A stretch of DNA of 64,000 nucleotides from an uncultured Actinomycetes bacterium. Lineage in GTDB: Bacteria; Actinomycetota; Thermoleophilia; Gaiellales; JAICJC01. The position numbers were made by a program, and so were the translations under genes. The notes under the pieces were generated by a model. That model had not been told where the DNA came from. It made no database searches and saw nothing but the letters and a program-made list of their open reading frames with translations. Shown here one piece after another: positions 18,749-28,239 of this stretch. Numbering within the stretch: position 1 is the stretch's first letter; each line of letters starts with the position of its first letter. The DNA is taken from the NCBI GenBank assembly GCA_963805545.1, contig CAWDUU010000009.1, positions 321,741 through 385,740 of the forward strand. The letters are read 5' to 3'.

Positions 18749-20521
18749 TCACGATCGCCGGCCGGACGGGCCGTAGAGCCGTGCGATGCGGTCGAGGTTG
18801 TGTTGCAGACAGACCTCCCGGCGGAGCTTGAGCGTGGGCGTCACCTCGCCACGATCCTGCGAGAACTCGTCCGGAAGCACAGCGTGGCGGCGGACGCGCT
18901 CCGCCGCCCCCAGCTGCCGGTTGGCCCGGTCGACGATCTCGCCGACCGCCCGTCGGGTCGCGTCGTCGTCGAGCCCGCGGCGGCGCTGCTCCGCGGGGTC
19001 GACGGTGATGAGCGCGACCACGTAGGGGCGGCGATCCCCGAGGGCGATCGCCTGCGACACGAGCGGATCGGCCGTCAACGCCTCCTCGATGCGAAGCGGC
19101 GCGACGTTGTCCCCTCCGGAGGTCACGATCAGGTCCTTCTTGCGGCCGGTGATGAAGAGGAAGCCGTCATCGTCGAACGTGCCGAGATCGCCGGTCGCAA
19201 GCCAGCCGTCGGCGGTGAACACCGCTCGTGTCGCGTCCGGGTCGCCGTGGTAGCCCGCGAACACGTTCGGCCCGTGCACCTGCACCTCGCCGTCGGCGGC
19301 GAGCCGCACCTCGACCTTCGGCAGCGTCCGCCCGACGCTGCCGAAGCGGTAGCCGCCGGGCTGCGGCAGGTTGAAGTTCGACGCGCAGGTCGCCTCGCTC
19401 AAGCCGTAGCCCTCCATGACGCGGATGCCGGCCGCCGCCAGTGATTCCGCAACGGCGACAGGAAGCGGCGCGCCGCCGGAGACGGCCAGCCGCAGCCGTC
19501 CGCCGACCCTGCGCCGGATCTGGCCGAGGACGAGGGCGTCGGCGAGCGCCAGCTCGGCGCGCCGACGCAGCGGCGGACGCTCTCCGCGCTGACGCCGGCG
19601 CTCGACCTCTGCACCCACACCGAGTGCCCACCGCGCCGCCAGCCGCGCCGGTGGCGAGCCGCCGGCGACGCGCGCGGCGACCTGCCTGTGCAGGAGCTCC
19701 CACGCCCGCGGGATGCTCGGCAGGATGTGGGGCTGCACCTCGGTCATCGCTGCCGGCACGCCGCGCAGGTCAGGGCAGTAGGCGATCGTGATGCCGACCT
19801 TCACCGCCAGGTTCTGCATCAGCCGGGCGAAGCTGTGGGCAAGCGGGAGAAAGAGCAGCACGGTCTCGCCGGGAGCGAGAAGGCCCGGGATGTCCGCCAC
19901 CAGGTCGGTCATCGACCGCAGATTCCGGTGCGTCAGGACGCAGCCCTTCGGCGGGCCGGTGGTTCCCGACGTATAGACGATGGATGCGATGTCGTCCGGC
20001 CGGACACGGGCGCGCGCCTCCTCAAGCGCTCCAGGCTGTTCGGCCAGGAGGCGGTCGCCGGCGGCGGCCAGCTCCGCGAGCGTGTCGCTCCCGTCGGCCG
20101 TTGCCTCGGTGAGCACCACGTCGATTCCGGCTTCGGCGCAGACGTCCGCGATCCGCGTGTGACCGGCAGGGTCGACGATCAGCATCCTCGCCCCGCAGTC
20201 GCGCAGGATGTGGGCCACGTCCGCGCGCGAGTGGGTCACATAGAGCGGTGCGGGTACGGCCCCGATCGAGAGGAGGGCGAAGTCGCACAGCGTCCACTCC
20301 GGGCTCGTTGGGAGGAGCAGGCCGACGCGATCGCCGCGACCGACCCCTCGGGCCAGGAGGCCGGCCGAAAGCCGCTCCACGCGTTCGACGGCCTCCTTCC
20401 ACCCGACCGGCTGCCAGTGCCGCTCGGTGCGAAACAGGAAGGCCGGCGAGGTTCGCGGTGAGCGCGCGGAATCGTGCCAGAGCTCCGCCATCGTCCCGTG
20501 GTCGTCCATGCTGGTCGGCAT
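18749..20521 (-). CDS. Long-chain fatty-acid--CoA ligase (AMP-dependent synthetase/ligase)
   Basis: 590-aa ORF with 'IVYTSGTTGPPKGCVLTHRN', 'GYGLSEA', 'TGDLGTFDDDGFLFITGRKKDLI' and 'PTLKLRR'. The start could be the internal Met at 20491. Confidence 0.9.
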   Translation of the reverse strand: MPTSMDDHGTMAELWHDSARSPRTSPAFLFRTERHWQPVGWKEAVERVERLSAGLLARGVGRGDRVGLLLPTSPEWTLCDFALLSIGAVPAPLYVTHSRADVAHILRDCGARMLIVDPAGHTRIADVCAEAGIDVVLTEATADGSDTLAELAAAGDRLLAEQPGALEEARARVRPDDIASIVYTSGTTGPPKGCVLTHRNLRSMTDLVADIPGLLAPGETVLLFLPLAHSFARLMQNLAVKVGITIAYCPDLRGVPAAMTEVQPHILPSIPRAWELLHRQVAARVAGGSPPARLAARWALGVGAEVERRRQRGERPPLRRRAELALADALVLGQIRRRVGGRLRLAVSGGAPLPVAVAESLAAAGIRVMEGYGLSEATCASNFNLPQPGGYRFGSVGRTLPKVEVRLAADGEVQVHGPNVFAGYHGDPDATRAVFTADGWLATGDLGTFDDDGFLFITGRKKDLIVTSGGDNVAPLRIEEALTADPLVSQAIALGDRRPYVVALITVDPAEQRRRGLDDDATRRAVGEIVDRANRQLGAAERVRRHAVLPDEFSQDRGEVTPTLKLRREVCLQHNLDRIARLYGPSGRRS

Positions 20522-20555
20522 GATCGACCAGTCACGCGAGAAGCGCCACCAAGTG

Positions 20556-21173
20556 TCAGAGCCCGTGCCGCCGGGCCCAGAGCCCCGCCTGCATCCGGTC
20601 GGTGACGCCGATCGCGCGGAAGATGCTGGTCAGGTGGGCCTTCACGGTCTTCTCGCTGATCTCCAGGCGGCGGCCGATCTGCTTGTTCGGAAGTCCGTCG
20701 GCAACGAGCGCGAGCACCTCGCGCTCGCGGTCGGTCAGGGCATCCAGCGGATCGGGCGCTCGCTGGGCTCCCAGCATCGTCCGCGCCGCACGGGGATCGA
20801 GCGGCGACTCGCCGCGGGCGGCCGTGCGGATGCCGCGGATGAGTTCCTCGGGCTCCGCGTCCTTCAGGAGATAGCCGATGGCGCCGGCGCTCAGCGCGTC
20901 GACGATCCGCTCCCGGTCCATGAACGACGTCAGGACGACCACCTGGACGCCGGGAGCCGCCTCCGCGATCCGGCGGGTCGCCTCGATCCCGCCGACGCCC
21001 GGCATCGAGAGATCCATGAGCACGACGTCCGGCCGCTGCTCGACGCACAGCGCGACGGCCGCCTCGCCGTCGCCCACGGCGCCGACGATCTCCAGGTCGG
21101 CATGCCCGCCGAGAAGAGAGACGAGCCCGTTTCGGACGATCGTGTGATCGTCGACGATCGCGACCCGGATCAC
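20556..21173 (-). CDS. NarL/LuxR-family two-component response regulator
   Basis: The receiver domain has 'IRVAIVDDH…VVLMDLSMPG…VVVLTSF'. The C-terminal LuxR HTH has 'LTDREREVLALVADGLPNKQIGRRLEISEKTVKAHL'. The GTG start overlaps the kinase TGA. Confidence 0.9.
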   Translation of the reverse strand: MIRVAIVDDHTIVRNGLVSLLGGHADLEIVGAVGDGEAAVALCVEQRPDVVLMDLSMPGVGGIEATRRIAEAAPGVQVVVLTSFMDRERIVDALSAGAIGYLLKDAEPEELIRGIRTAARGESPLDPRAARTMLGAQRAPDPLDALTDREREVLALVADGLPNKQIGRRLEISEKTVKAHLTSIFRAIGVTDRMQAGLWARRHGL

Positions 21174-22471
21174 GATGCCGGCACCTCGAGCTCGACCGCC
21201 GTGCCCGAGCCCGGCCTCGACGTCACGGTCAGCGTCCCGCCGGCGGTCTCCGCCAGGTCGCGGAGCATGGCGAGGCCCAGGTGTCCCTCGGCACGGCGGG
21301 CCCGCACGTCGTCGTCGTCGAAGCCCCGGCCGTCGTCGGCGACGCGCAGCTTCACGATGTCGCCCGACCGCGTGACGCTCACGGCGACGTTGCATGCAGC
21401 GGCGTGCGAGCCCGCGTTTCGGATCGCCTCCTGCGCCGTTCGGAAGACGAGCTGCTCGATCTCGGCGGTCATCTGGAGATCATCATCCATGTCGACCGTC
21501 ACGTTGACGCCGCGCGCCGAAAGCGGCGCGACGGCGTCCGGCAGCGCAGCGGCCAGCCCGTGGTCGCGCAGCGCCGGAGGGTAGATCTCAAGCAGCAGGG
21601 ACCGCAGCTGCCGGATCGCGTTTCGCGTCCCGCCGGCGGCCTGGCTCAGCACCTCGCGCAGCTCGGCGTTCGACTGATCCCGCTCCAGCGCGGCGGCCAT
21701 CTGGAACGAATGCCCGGCGAGCTCCTGCACGACCCCGTCGTGGAGCCCCGCGGCGATCAGCCGCCGTTCCCGGTCGGAGGACTCGACGGCGCGCTGCAGG
21801 AGCCGTTCGCGGTCCTGCTGCGCCCTGCGGATCCGGGAGGCCATCCGCCAGGCGAGCGGGATCTGAAACGCCGCCAGCACCAGGAGCGCGACGATTCCGA
21901 CCGGGGCGAACAGCCGCACGAGGCGGCGGCTGCTCCCCGCGATGGCGCTCGAGCGCAGGTACTCCTCGTAGAGCACCGGCGTTCCGTCCTGGGCGCGGAG
22001 CCCCAGATACACCGACGTCAGGTTGCCGAAGGCGCGCTCGTGGGCATTCTCGGGCTCCGTGAGATCCGTGTTGCGGGCCGAGGCGGTCGCTGTCCGGAGC
22101 GCGCGCAGATCCTCCGGCGCGAGCGAGTACCGGCGGCCGATCAGCGACGGGTCGTCCGAGTAGAGGATCGTGCCCTCCGCGTTCCACACCTTCACGCGCG
22201 CGACGTCGGGGGCGAGCACGCGGCGGCGAACGATCCGGTCGAGGTGTGCGATGGCCTCCGGGTCGCCGCGCACCACGGCCGTCGTCAACGCGGGCTCGAC
22301 GATGCCGCGTCCCGTCACCGTGGCCAGCCGGCGCGCGTCACGCAGCGCCTCCGAGGTGCTCAGGCTCCGCATCGCGAGCGTCCCCGCCAGGGCGACCAGC
22401 GCCAGGACGGCGAGGCCCGAGAGCGCGAAGACGGCAACCGGGCGCAGGATCGCCGCGCGCTCGGGCCTCAT
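21170..22471 (-). CDS. Sensor histidine kinase (HisKA_3/NarX-DesK type)
   Basis: 433-aa ORF with two TM segments flanking a periplasmic region. It has the H-box 'ERRLIAAGLHDGVVQEL' and an HATPase_c domain ('QEAIRNAGSHA…DDGRGF…GLAMLRDLAETAGG'). Confidence 0.9.
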   Translation of the reverse strand: MRPERAAILRPVAVFALSGLAVLALVALAGTLAMRSLSTSEALRDARRLATVTGRGIVEPALTTAVVRGDPEAIAHLDRIVRRRVLAPDVARVKVWNAEGTILYSDDPSLIGRRYSLAPEDLRALRTATASARNTDLTEPENAHERAFGNLTSVYLGLRAQDGTPVLYEEYLRSSAIAGSSRRLVRLFAPVGIVALLVLAAFQIPLAWRMASRIRRAQQDRERLLQRAVESSDRERRLIAAGLHDGVVQELAGHSFQMAAALERDQSNAELREVLSQAAGGTRNAIRQLRSLLLEIYPPALRDHGLAAALPDAVAPLSARGVNVTVDMDDDLQMTAEIEQLVFRTAQEAIRNAGSHAAACNVAVSVTRSGDIVKLRVADDGRGFDDDDVRARRAEGHLGLAMLRDLAETAGGTLTVTSRPGSGTAVELEVPAS

Positions 22472-22621
22472 GACGTGACCGGTCCGGAGGACTGCACGCG
22501 CCCAGCATGCCTCGCCCGGAGCCGAATCGCCACGGTCCTAGGACCAATGTCGCGTTGCGACCTCGACGCCCGTCCGCGCACCATGGCCCTACACCAGAAG
22601 CGACTCGGGAGGGTCAACCAC

Positions 22622-23020
22622 ATGCGCCGCACCACGTTCATCACCGCACTCATCGCCTGCCTCGCGCTGGCGGTGGCAATCGCTCCGGCGGCTTCGGCAA
22701 AGGGCGGCGGCACCGCCCGCACCATCTCGCTCAAGGGGAGCGTGTCGTTCCCCGGCGCCACCGGCAAGGCGGTCTCCAAGGTCAACGGCAGCGAGCGCGA
22801 GCTCGAGGTCGACGTCCAGCACATCCGGTCTCTGGCCGGCAAGCGCGTCAACGTGAACGTGAACGGTCACCTGCTCGCCACGCCGCGGGTCAACAGCCTG
22901 GGTCACTTCACCGTCAACCGCAACACGAGCCTCGGTCAGGCCGTGCCGACCATCAAGGCCGGCTCCACGGTTCGCGTGCGCACGCTCGGCGGCACGCTGA
23001 TCGCAAGCGGAACGTTCTGA
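22622..23020 (+). CDS. Small secreted beta-rich protein of unknown function
   Basis: The ATG at 22622 follows GGGAGGG. It has a signal peptide ('MRRTTFITALIACLALAVAIAPAASA|K'). It lies divergent from the two-component pair. Confidence 0.55.
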   Translation: MRRTTFITALIACLALAVAIAPAASAKGGGTARTISLKGSVSFPGATGKAVSKVNGSERELEVDVQHIRSLAGKRVNVNVNGHLLATPRVNSLGHFTVNRNTSLGQAVPTIKAGSTVRVRTLGGTLIASGTF

Positions 23021-23035
23021 TCCACCCCGCCAATC

Positions 23036-23065
23036 GGGTGGGCCGGAGCCTTCTCCGGCCCACCC
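23036..23065 (+). terminator. Strong hairpin downstream of 22622..23020 (terminator candidate)
   Basis: A perfect 12-bp inverted repeat GGGTGGGCCGGA / TCCGGCCCACCC has the 6-nt loop GCCTTC and starts 16 nt after the stop. The U-tract is poor (TGTTCGG). Confidence 0.45.
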
Positions 23066-23120
23066 TGTTCGGCGGCCGGATCTGGCACACTGGCCCGGTG
23101 GTGTCGACCGTCTCCCCGCT

Positions 23121-24263
23121 GTGGGCCGCGTGAGCTCGATGCCTGACCCCGCGGCCGCCACGATCGTCCGGGTCGAGGTCTACGGCTACGAGCTGACCTA
23201 CGCCCACGGCTCCTACGTCATGTCCGAGGGCCGGGTGCTGGACGCGCTTCCCAGCACGATCGTCCGCGTCGTCGCGGCCGACGGACTGGCCGGCCACGGC
23301 GAGGTGTGCCCGCTCGGGACGCGCTACCTGCCGGCGTTCGCCGGGGGCGCCCGGGCCGCGCTGCGCGAGATATGTCCGGCGCTGATCGGCGTCGACGCGG
23401 CCAACCTCGCCGCCGTCGGCGACGCCATGGACGGCGCGCTCCTCGGCCACGCCTACGCCAAGAGCCCGGTCGACATCGCCTGCTGGGACATCCTGGGGCG
23501 CCGCGCGGGGGTGCCGGTGCACGCGCTCCTCGGCGGCCTGCGCGCCGAGAGCTTCCCGCTCTACGTCGCCGTGCCGCTGGCACCGGTCGCCGAGATGGCC
23601 CGCTTCGTGGAGGAGCGGATGGCCGAGGGCGTGCGCCACTTCCAGCTGAAGCTCGGCGCCGACCCGCACGACGACGCCGCCCGCGCCGCCGAGGTGGCCC
23701 GCCTGCTCGGCGACCAGGGCCTCCTCGTCGCCGACGCCAACTGCGGCTGGCTGCCGCAGGACGCCGTGGTCGCCGCCCGGCTGCTCGACCCGCTCGACCG
23801 CGTCTACCTCGAGCAGCCCTGCCGCACGCTCGAGGAGTGCGTCGCGGTCCGCCGCCACACGACGCTGCCGATGGTGCTCGACGAGATCATCCTCGACGTC
23901 CGCTCGCTCATGCGCGCCGTCTCGGCGAACGCCCTCGAGGCGTTCAACCTGAAGCTGAGCCGCGTCGGCGGGCTGACGAACGCCCGCCTCATGCGCGACC
24001 TGGCGCAGGAGCTCGGACTGCGCGTGACGCTGGAGGACACGTGGGGCGGAGACGTCACCACCGCGGCCGTCGCGCACCTGGCGGCCAGCACGCGGCCCGA
24101 GCACCTCCTGACCGTCTCGTTCATGAACGACTGGACGAACGAGCACATCGCCGGCTACGAACCGCGATCGGCCGGCGGCACCGGCGCCGCGCCGACAGGC
24201 CCCGGGCTCGGCATCGAGGTCGACCTCGAGATGCTCGGCGAGCCGCTCTTCGTGGTCGAGTAG
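23121..24263 (+). CDS. Enolase-superfamily enzyme (mandelate racemase/muconate lactonizing family)
   Basis: 380-aa ORF with 'SPVDIACWDILGRRAGVPVHALLGG' and 'HFQLKLG'. The metal ligand regions are 'VADANCGW', 'YLEQP' and 'VLDEI'. The start may be ATG 23139. Confidence 0.85.
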   Translation: MGRVSSMPDPAAATIVRVEVYGYELTYAHGSYVMSEGRVLDALPSTIVRVVAADGLAGHGEVCPLGTRYLPAFAGGARAALREICPALIGVDAANLAAVGDAMDGALLGHAYAKSPVDIACWDILGRRAGVPVHALLGGLRAESFPLYVAVPLAPVAEMARFVEERMAEGVRHFQLKLGADPHDDAARAAEVARLLGDQGLLVADANCGWLPQDAVVAARLLDPLDRVYLEQPCRTLEECVAVRRHTTLPMVLDEIILDVRSLMRAVSANALEAFNLKLSRVGGLTNARLMRDLAQELGLRVTLEDTWGGDVTTAAVAHLAASTRPEHLLTVSFMNDWTNEHIAGYEPRSAGGTGAAPTGPGLGIEVDLEMLGEPLFVVE

Positions 24264-25593
24264 CTAGCCGACCTCCGCCAGCCCCGCGGCGATCCCGGCG
24301 GCCATCCCGTCGAGCTCCTCGGCGCTCGAGATGAGCGGCGGCGAGATCGCAAGGCAGGGGTTCACGCGATCGTCGAGGCGGACGATGACGCCGTTTCGGC
24401 GGATCGCGTCCCGGGCCGCGGGAAGCAGCGACGCGTCGCGCAGCTCGATCGCGCGGAAGAACCCCCGACCGCGGGCCTCGACGACGAGGCCGGAGCCGCC
24501 GGCCACCCCGGCGAGCAGCCCGTCCAGGTGCTCCTCCAGCTGCCGGACGTTCTCGACGACGCCCTCGCGGCGCATGATGGCGAGGTTGGCGAGCGCGACC
24601 GCGCAGGCCAGCGGGTGGCCGCCGAACGTGAACCCGTGCGCGTAGAGCGCGCCGCCGTCGAGGAGCGGGGCGGCGACGTCGTCGGTAAAGAGCATGCCGC
24701 CCAGCGGGGCCTGGCCCGAGGTGATGCCCTTGGCGAACGTGACGATGTCGGCGTCGAACCCGAGCAGGTCCGACCCGAGCCAGGCGCCGAGGCGGCCGAA
24801 GCCGGTGATGACCTCGTCGCACCAGAGCAGGATCCCGTGCCGGTCGCAGACCTCGCGCAGCCGCGGGCCGTACCCGTCCGGCGGCACCAGGCAGCCGCCC
24901 GCGTTCTGCACCGGCTCCAGGACGACGGCCGCGACGGTGTGCGGGCCCTCGGCGACGATCATCCGCTCGATCGCGGCGACCGTGGCGTCGAGCCAGGCGG
25001 CGTCGTCGGCGGCGGTCGGGTAGTTGCGCCGGTCGGTGTTCTCGGCGTGGCGCACGTCGGCGAGCAGGGGCTCGAACGGCGCGCGGGCGCCGGGGATGCC
25101 GGTGAGCGAGAGCGCCCCCAGGGTGCAGCCGTGGTAGGCGCCGCGGCGGGCGATCACCTTGCGGCGCAACGGCTCGCCGCGGCCGAGCCAGTGAAGCCGG
25201 ATCAGCTTGAGCGCCGACTCGACCGCCTCCGACCCGCCCGACGTGAAGAAGACGCGAGTGAGGTGCTCCGGGCTGAGCTCCGTCACCTGGCCGGTGAGCT
25301 CGACCGGGCTCGGCGAGGTCGCCGCCCAGTTCGGGTAGAAGCCCGAGCGTCTCGAGCTGGCGGGCGGCCGCCGCGCCCAGCTCGGCGCCGTGCGAGTAGC
25401 CGATCTGGGTCGTGAAGAGGCCGGACACGCCGTCGAACATCCGGTTGCCGTCCCCGTCGATCACGTACGGCCCCTCGCCTCCGACGATGACCGGCGGTGC
25501 GTGGTCCGTGAAGTCGGCCATCCGCGTCCACGAGAGCCACTCGTGCGAGATCGTGTCCTTCACGTGCTCGATGCCCGGGGCGTGCGTCGACAT
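24264..25593 (-). pseudogene. Class-III (omega) aminotransferase, PLP-dependent, with a +1 frame break at the C-run 25342-25344
   Basis: The N-terminal 84 aa are in frame 25593 ('…VIDGDGNRMFDGVSGLFTTQIGYSHGAELGAAAARQLETLG'). The rest is in frame 25286 ('FYPNWAATSPSPVELTGQVTELSPEHLTRVFFTSGGSEAVESALK…ITFAKGITSGQAPLG'). Removing one G (minus strand) joins them. Confidence 0.85.
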
Positions 25594-25667
25594 TGGCGTT
25601 GCTCCTCCGATCGGTGTGCCCGGAGGCTACCCGGTCGCCCCGGCGGCCGTGACATCCTGCAATCGGC

Positions 25668-26843
25668 ATGCAGCGCCCGTTCTCCGACGCCGAGTACCGC
25701 GACCGCGCCCGCCGCGTCCGGGCGGAGATGGCCCGTCGCGGCGTCGACGTGCTGCTCGTCCTCAGCCCGCCGAACCTCTACTACCTGACCGGGTTCGAGT
25801 CGATCTGGTACCCGCCGCGCGCGCCGGTCGGCGTGCTCCTCGCGGCCGGCGACGAGCGCCTGGTCTTCGTCGACTACGAGCGCCACCGCACGCTGGTCGA
25901 GCAGGTGGCGCTGTACGACGACGCCGTCTTCTACGACTACTCCACGGCGGTCGCCGACCTGTGCGCCGCGGTGAGGGCGCGCGGCTTCGGCGGCGCCGCG
26001 ATCGGCGTCGAGCGCTGGACGCAGTCGCCGGGCGCGCCCGTCGTCGAGGAGATCGCGGCCGCGCTCTCCGACGGCGGCGCGAGCGTCGTCCCCGGCGACT
26101 GGATCGTCGACCGCGTCCGCCTCGTCAAGTCGGAGGCCGAGCAGGAGTGCGTGCGGAGGGCGGGGGAGATCGTGGACGCCGCCTTCGCGTCGCTTCCCGG
26201 GTTCGTCCGCCCCGGCCGCACCGAGATCGAGATCGCCGCCCACCTGAACGCCGTCATGGCGGCCCACGGAGGCGAGGAGCCGGCGATCCGCACGATGGTC
26301 TCGGCGGGGCCCGACGTGTGGTGCCGCACCCACTCGCCGCCGTCCCGGCGCCCGGTGGAGTCCGGCGACGTCATGTACGTGGACGCCTGCGGGGTCGTCA
26401 ACCGCTACCACGTGGACCTGTGCCGCACGTTCGCGATCGGCCGCGACCACGCCGGGGCGCGGGCGATCCTGGAGCAGACCGCAGGAAGCGTCGAGGCGGT
26501 CCGGGCCGAGGTGAGGCCCGGCGATCCGCTCGACGTCGCCCAGCGCGCCGCCGAGGAGTACGTCTTCGCCCGCTTCCCGCGCGAGCGCGTCTGGTGGGTG
26601 GGCGGCTACGCCCTCGGGATCGCGATGCCGCCGAACTGGGTCGGCCACACGTACCTCTCGAACGACGCCTTCGAGACGTTCACCTGGGAGCCGGGCTACG
26701 TGACGAACTACGAGAACATCCTGTTCGACCGCGACGGCGGCTTCACGGCGAGCTACATGGAGACGCTGCTCATGGGCCCGGAGCGGATCGAGGTGCTGTC
26801 GGCGCACCCGCGCGAGCTCACCGTGTTGCCGGCGCGTCCGTAG
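25668..26843 (+). CDS. M24-family metallopeptidase-fold hydrolase (creatinase/Xaa-Pro peptidase/ectoine-hydrolase-like)
   Basis: 391-aa ORF. The creatinase-type N-domain has 'FSDAEYRDRARRVRAEMARRGVDVLLVLSPPNLYYLTGF'. The pita-bread C-domain has 'GDVMYVDACGVVNRYHVDLCRTF' and 'GYALG'. Confidence 0.8.
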   Translation: MQRPFSDAEYRDRARRVRAEMARRGVDVLLVLSPPNLYYLTGFESIWYPPRAPVGVLLAAGDERLVFVDYERHRTLVEQVALYDDAVFYDYSTAVADLCAAVRARGFGGAAIGVERWTQSPGAPVVEEIAAALSDGGASVVPGDWIVDRVRLVKSEAEQECVRRAGEIVDAAFASLPGFVRPGRTEIEIAAHLNAVMAAHGGEEPAIRTMVSAGPDVWCRTHSPPSRRPVESGDVMYVDACGVVNRYHVDLCRTFAIGRDHAGARAILEQTAGSVEAVRAEVRPGDPLDVAQRAAEEYVFARFPRERVWWVGGYALGIAMPPNWVGHTYLSNDAFETFTWEPGYVTNYENILFDRDGGFTASYMETLLMGPERIEVLSAHPRELTVLPARP

Positions 26844-26919
26844 TTCTCCGGCCCCGGTGTGGTGAGAGCCCCGATGCCGCCGGGCGAGGCATCGGGGACG
26901 CTGCCGGCCGGGTACGAGG

Positions 26920-28132
26920 ATGCGATGCACTCGGATGATCGGAGCCGTGGCTGCGGCCGCGGCGGTCGCGCTCGCCGCGCCGGCGTCCGGCGCTCGCGGC
27001 GGGGGGATGGCCGCAATACGGCTGGAACGCCCGGCACACGTTCGCAAACCCGGCGGAGTCTGCGATCACGCCGCGCACCGTCGCCCGGCTCCAGCCCGGC
27101 TGGGCACGGACGGTCGCGCGGGGTTCGTTCCTGGCGGCAACGCCGACGGTGGCCGGCGGGCGGGTGTTCGTGGTCGTCCAGGGCGGGCCGCTGGTCGCCC
27201 TCGACGCGGCCTCCGGCGCGCGCCTCTGGAGCGCCGGCGGCGACGTCGCGGGGCAGCCGGCGGTAGCGGGAGACCGCGTGCTGGCCTGCGTCGACGGCGT
27301 CGTTCATGCCTACGGCGTGCGGCGCGGCGCGCCGCGGTTCACGGCCGGCGCCTGCACCGGCGCACCGGCGGTCGACGGCACGCGCGGGTTCAGCGCGGCG
27401 CGGCGCCTCATCGCATGGAGCGCGGTCGACGGTCACCGCCTGTGGCGCTCGGCGCGATCGGTCGCGCTGCTCGACCAGACGCCCACGGTCGGCTACGGCC
27501 GCGTGTTCGCCGGCGGAGCGCGGCCCGACGACCGCAACGTCTACGTGTTCGACGAGGCGACCGGGCGGTTGCTGAACGTCCGCCGGGCGGGTTCGGGATG
27601 CCTGTCCGGCACGCCCCCATTCCTGTGCGGCTACCGCGTCATGAGCGGGTCGTCGCTCGTCGGCGGGAACCTGTGGTTCGTGCGGTTCCTGTGGTGCGGC
27701 GCGTGCGCGGACACCGACGGCAGCGCCTCGCTGCGCGCGCTCCCGGTCACACCGTGGGCCAGGCCGCCGGCTTCCGAGACGCTGGCCAGGGGCTGGGACG
27801 AGATCGCGCAGTACTGGGATCCCGCGACGCCGCCGCCCGTGGTCGGCGACCGGCATGCCTTCGTGCCGACGCTCGACGCCGGCGAGGCGGCCTACCGGCT
27901 GGTGCCCGGCGCGGCCGAGTGGCAGACGAGCGCCGTTCCCGGGACGATGAACGCCGCGCTCGTCCCCGGTGTGGCCTTCTTCGACACGTGCCGCTGTGCG
28001 GTCGCGACGGCGACCGGCCGCGTGCTCTGGTCAAGCGGCGGCGGGTGGGCGGCGGCCGCGCCCGCGGTGGCCGGTGGAGTGGTGTACTGGCCGCAGGGCG
28101 GCACGCTTCGCACCTACCGGCTGCCCGCGTAG
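26920..28132 (+). pseudogene. Secreted PQQ-like beta-propeller repeat protein with a +1 frame break in a G6 run (27001-27006)
   Basis: The signal peptide is in frame 26920 ('MRCTRMIGAVAAAAAVALAAPASGA'). The mature part is in frame 27149 and starts upstream of it ('WPQYGWNARHTFANPAES…AGGRVFVVVQGGPLVALDAASGARLW…'). The frames switch inside GGGGGG. Confidence 0.7.
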
Positions 28133-28239
28133 CGACGCCTCCTCCGTGATGCCGCCGTGACGCGATCGTGATGCGATCGGCACGCCGGGCGCCGTGATCG
28201 TTATGTGGCCGTGAGGCGTTCGGTGCGACCTTGTAGGGG

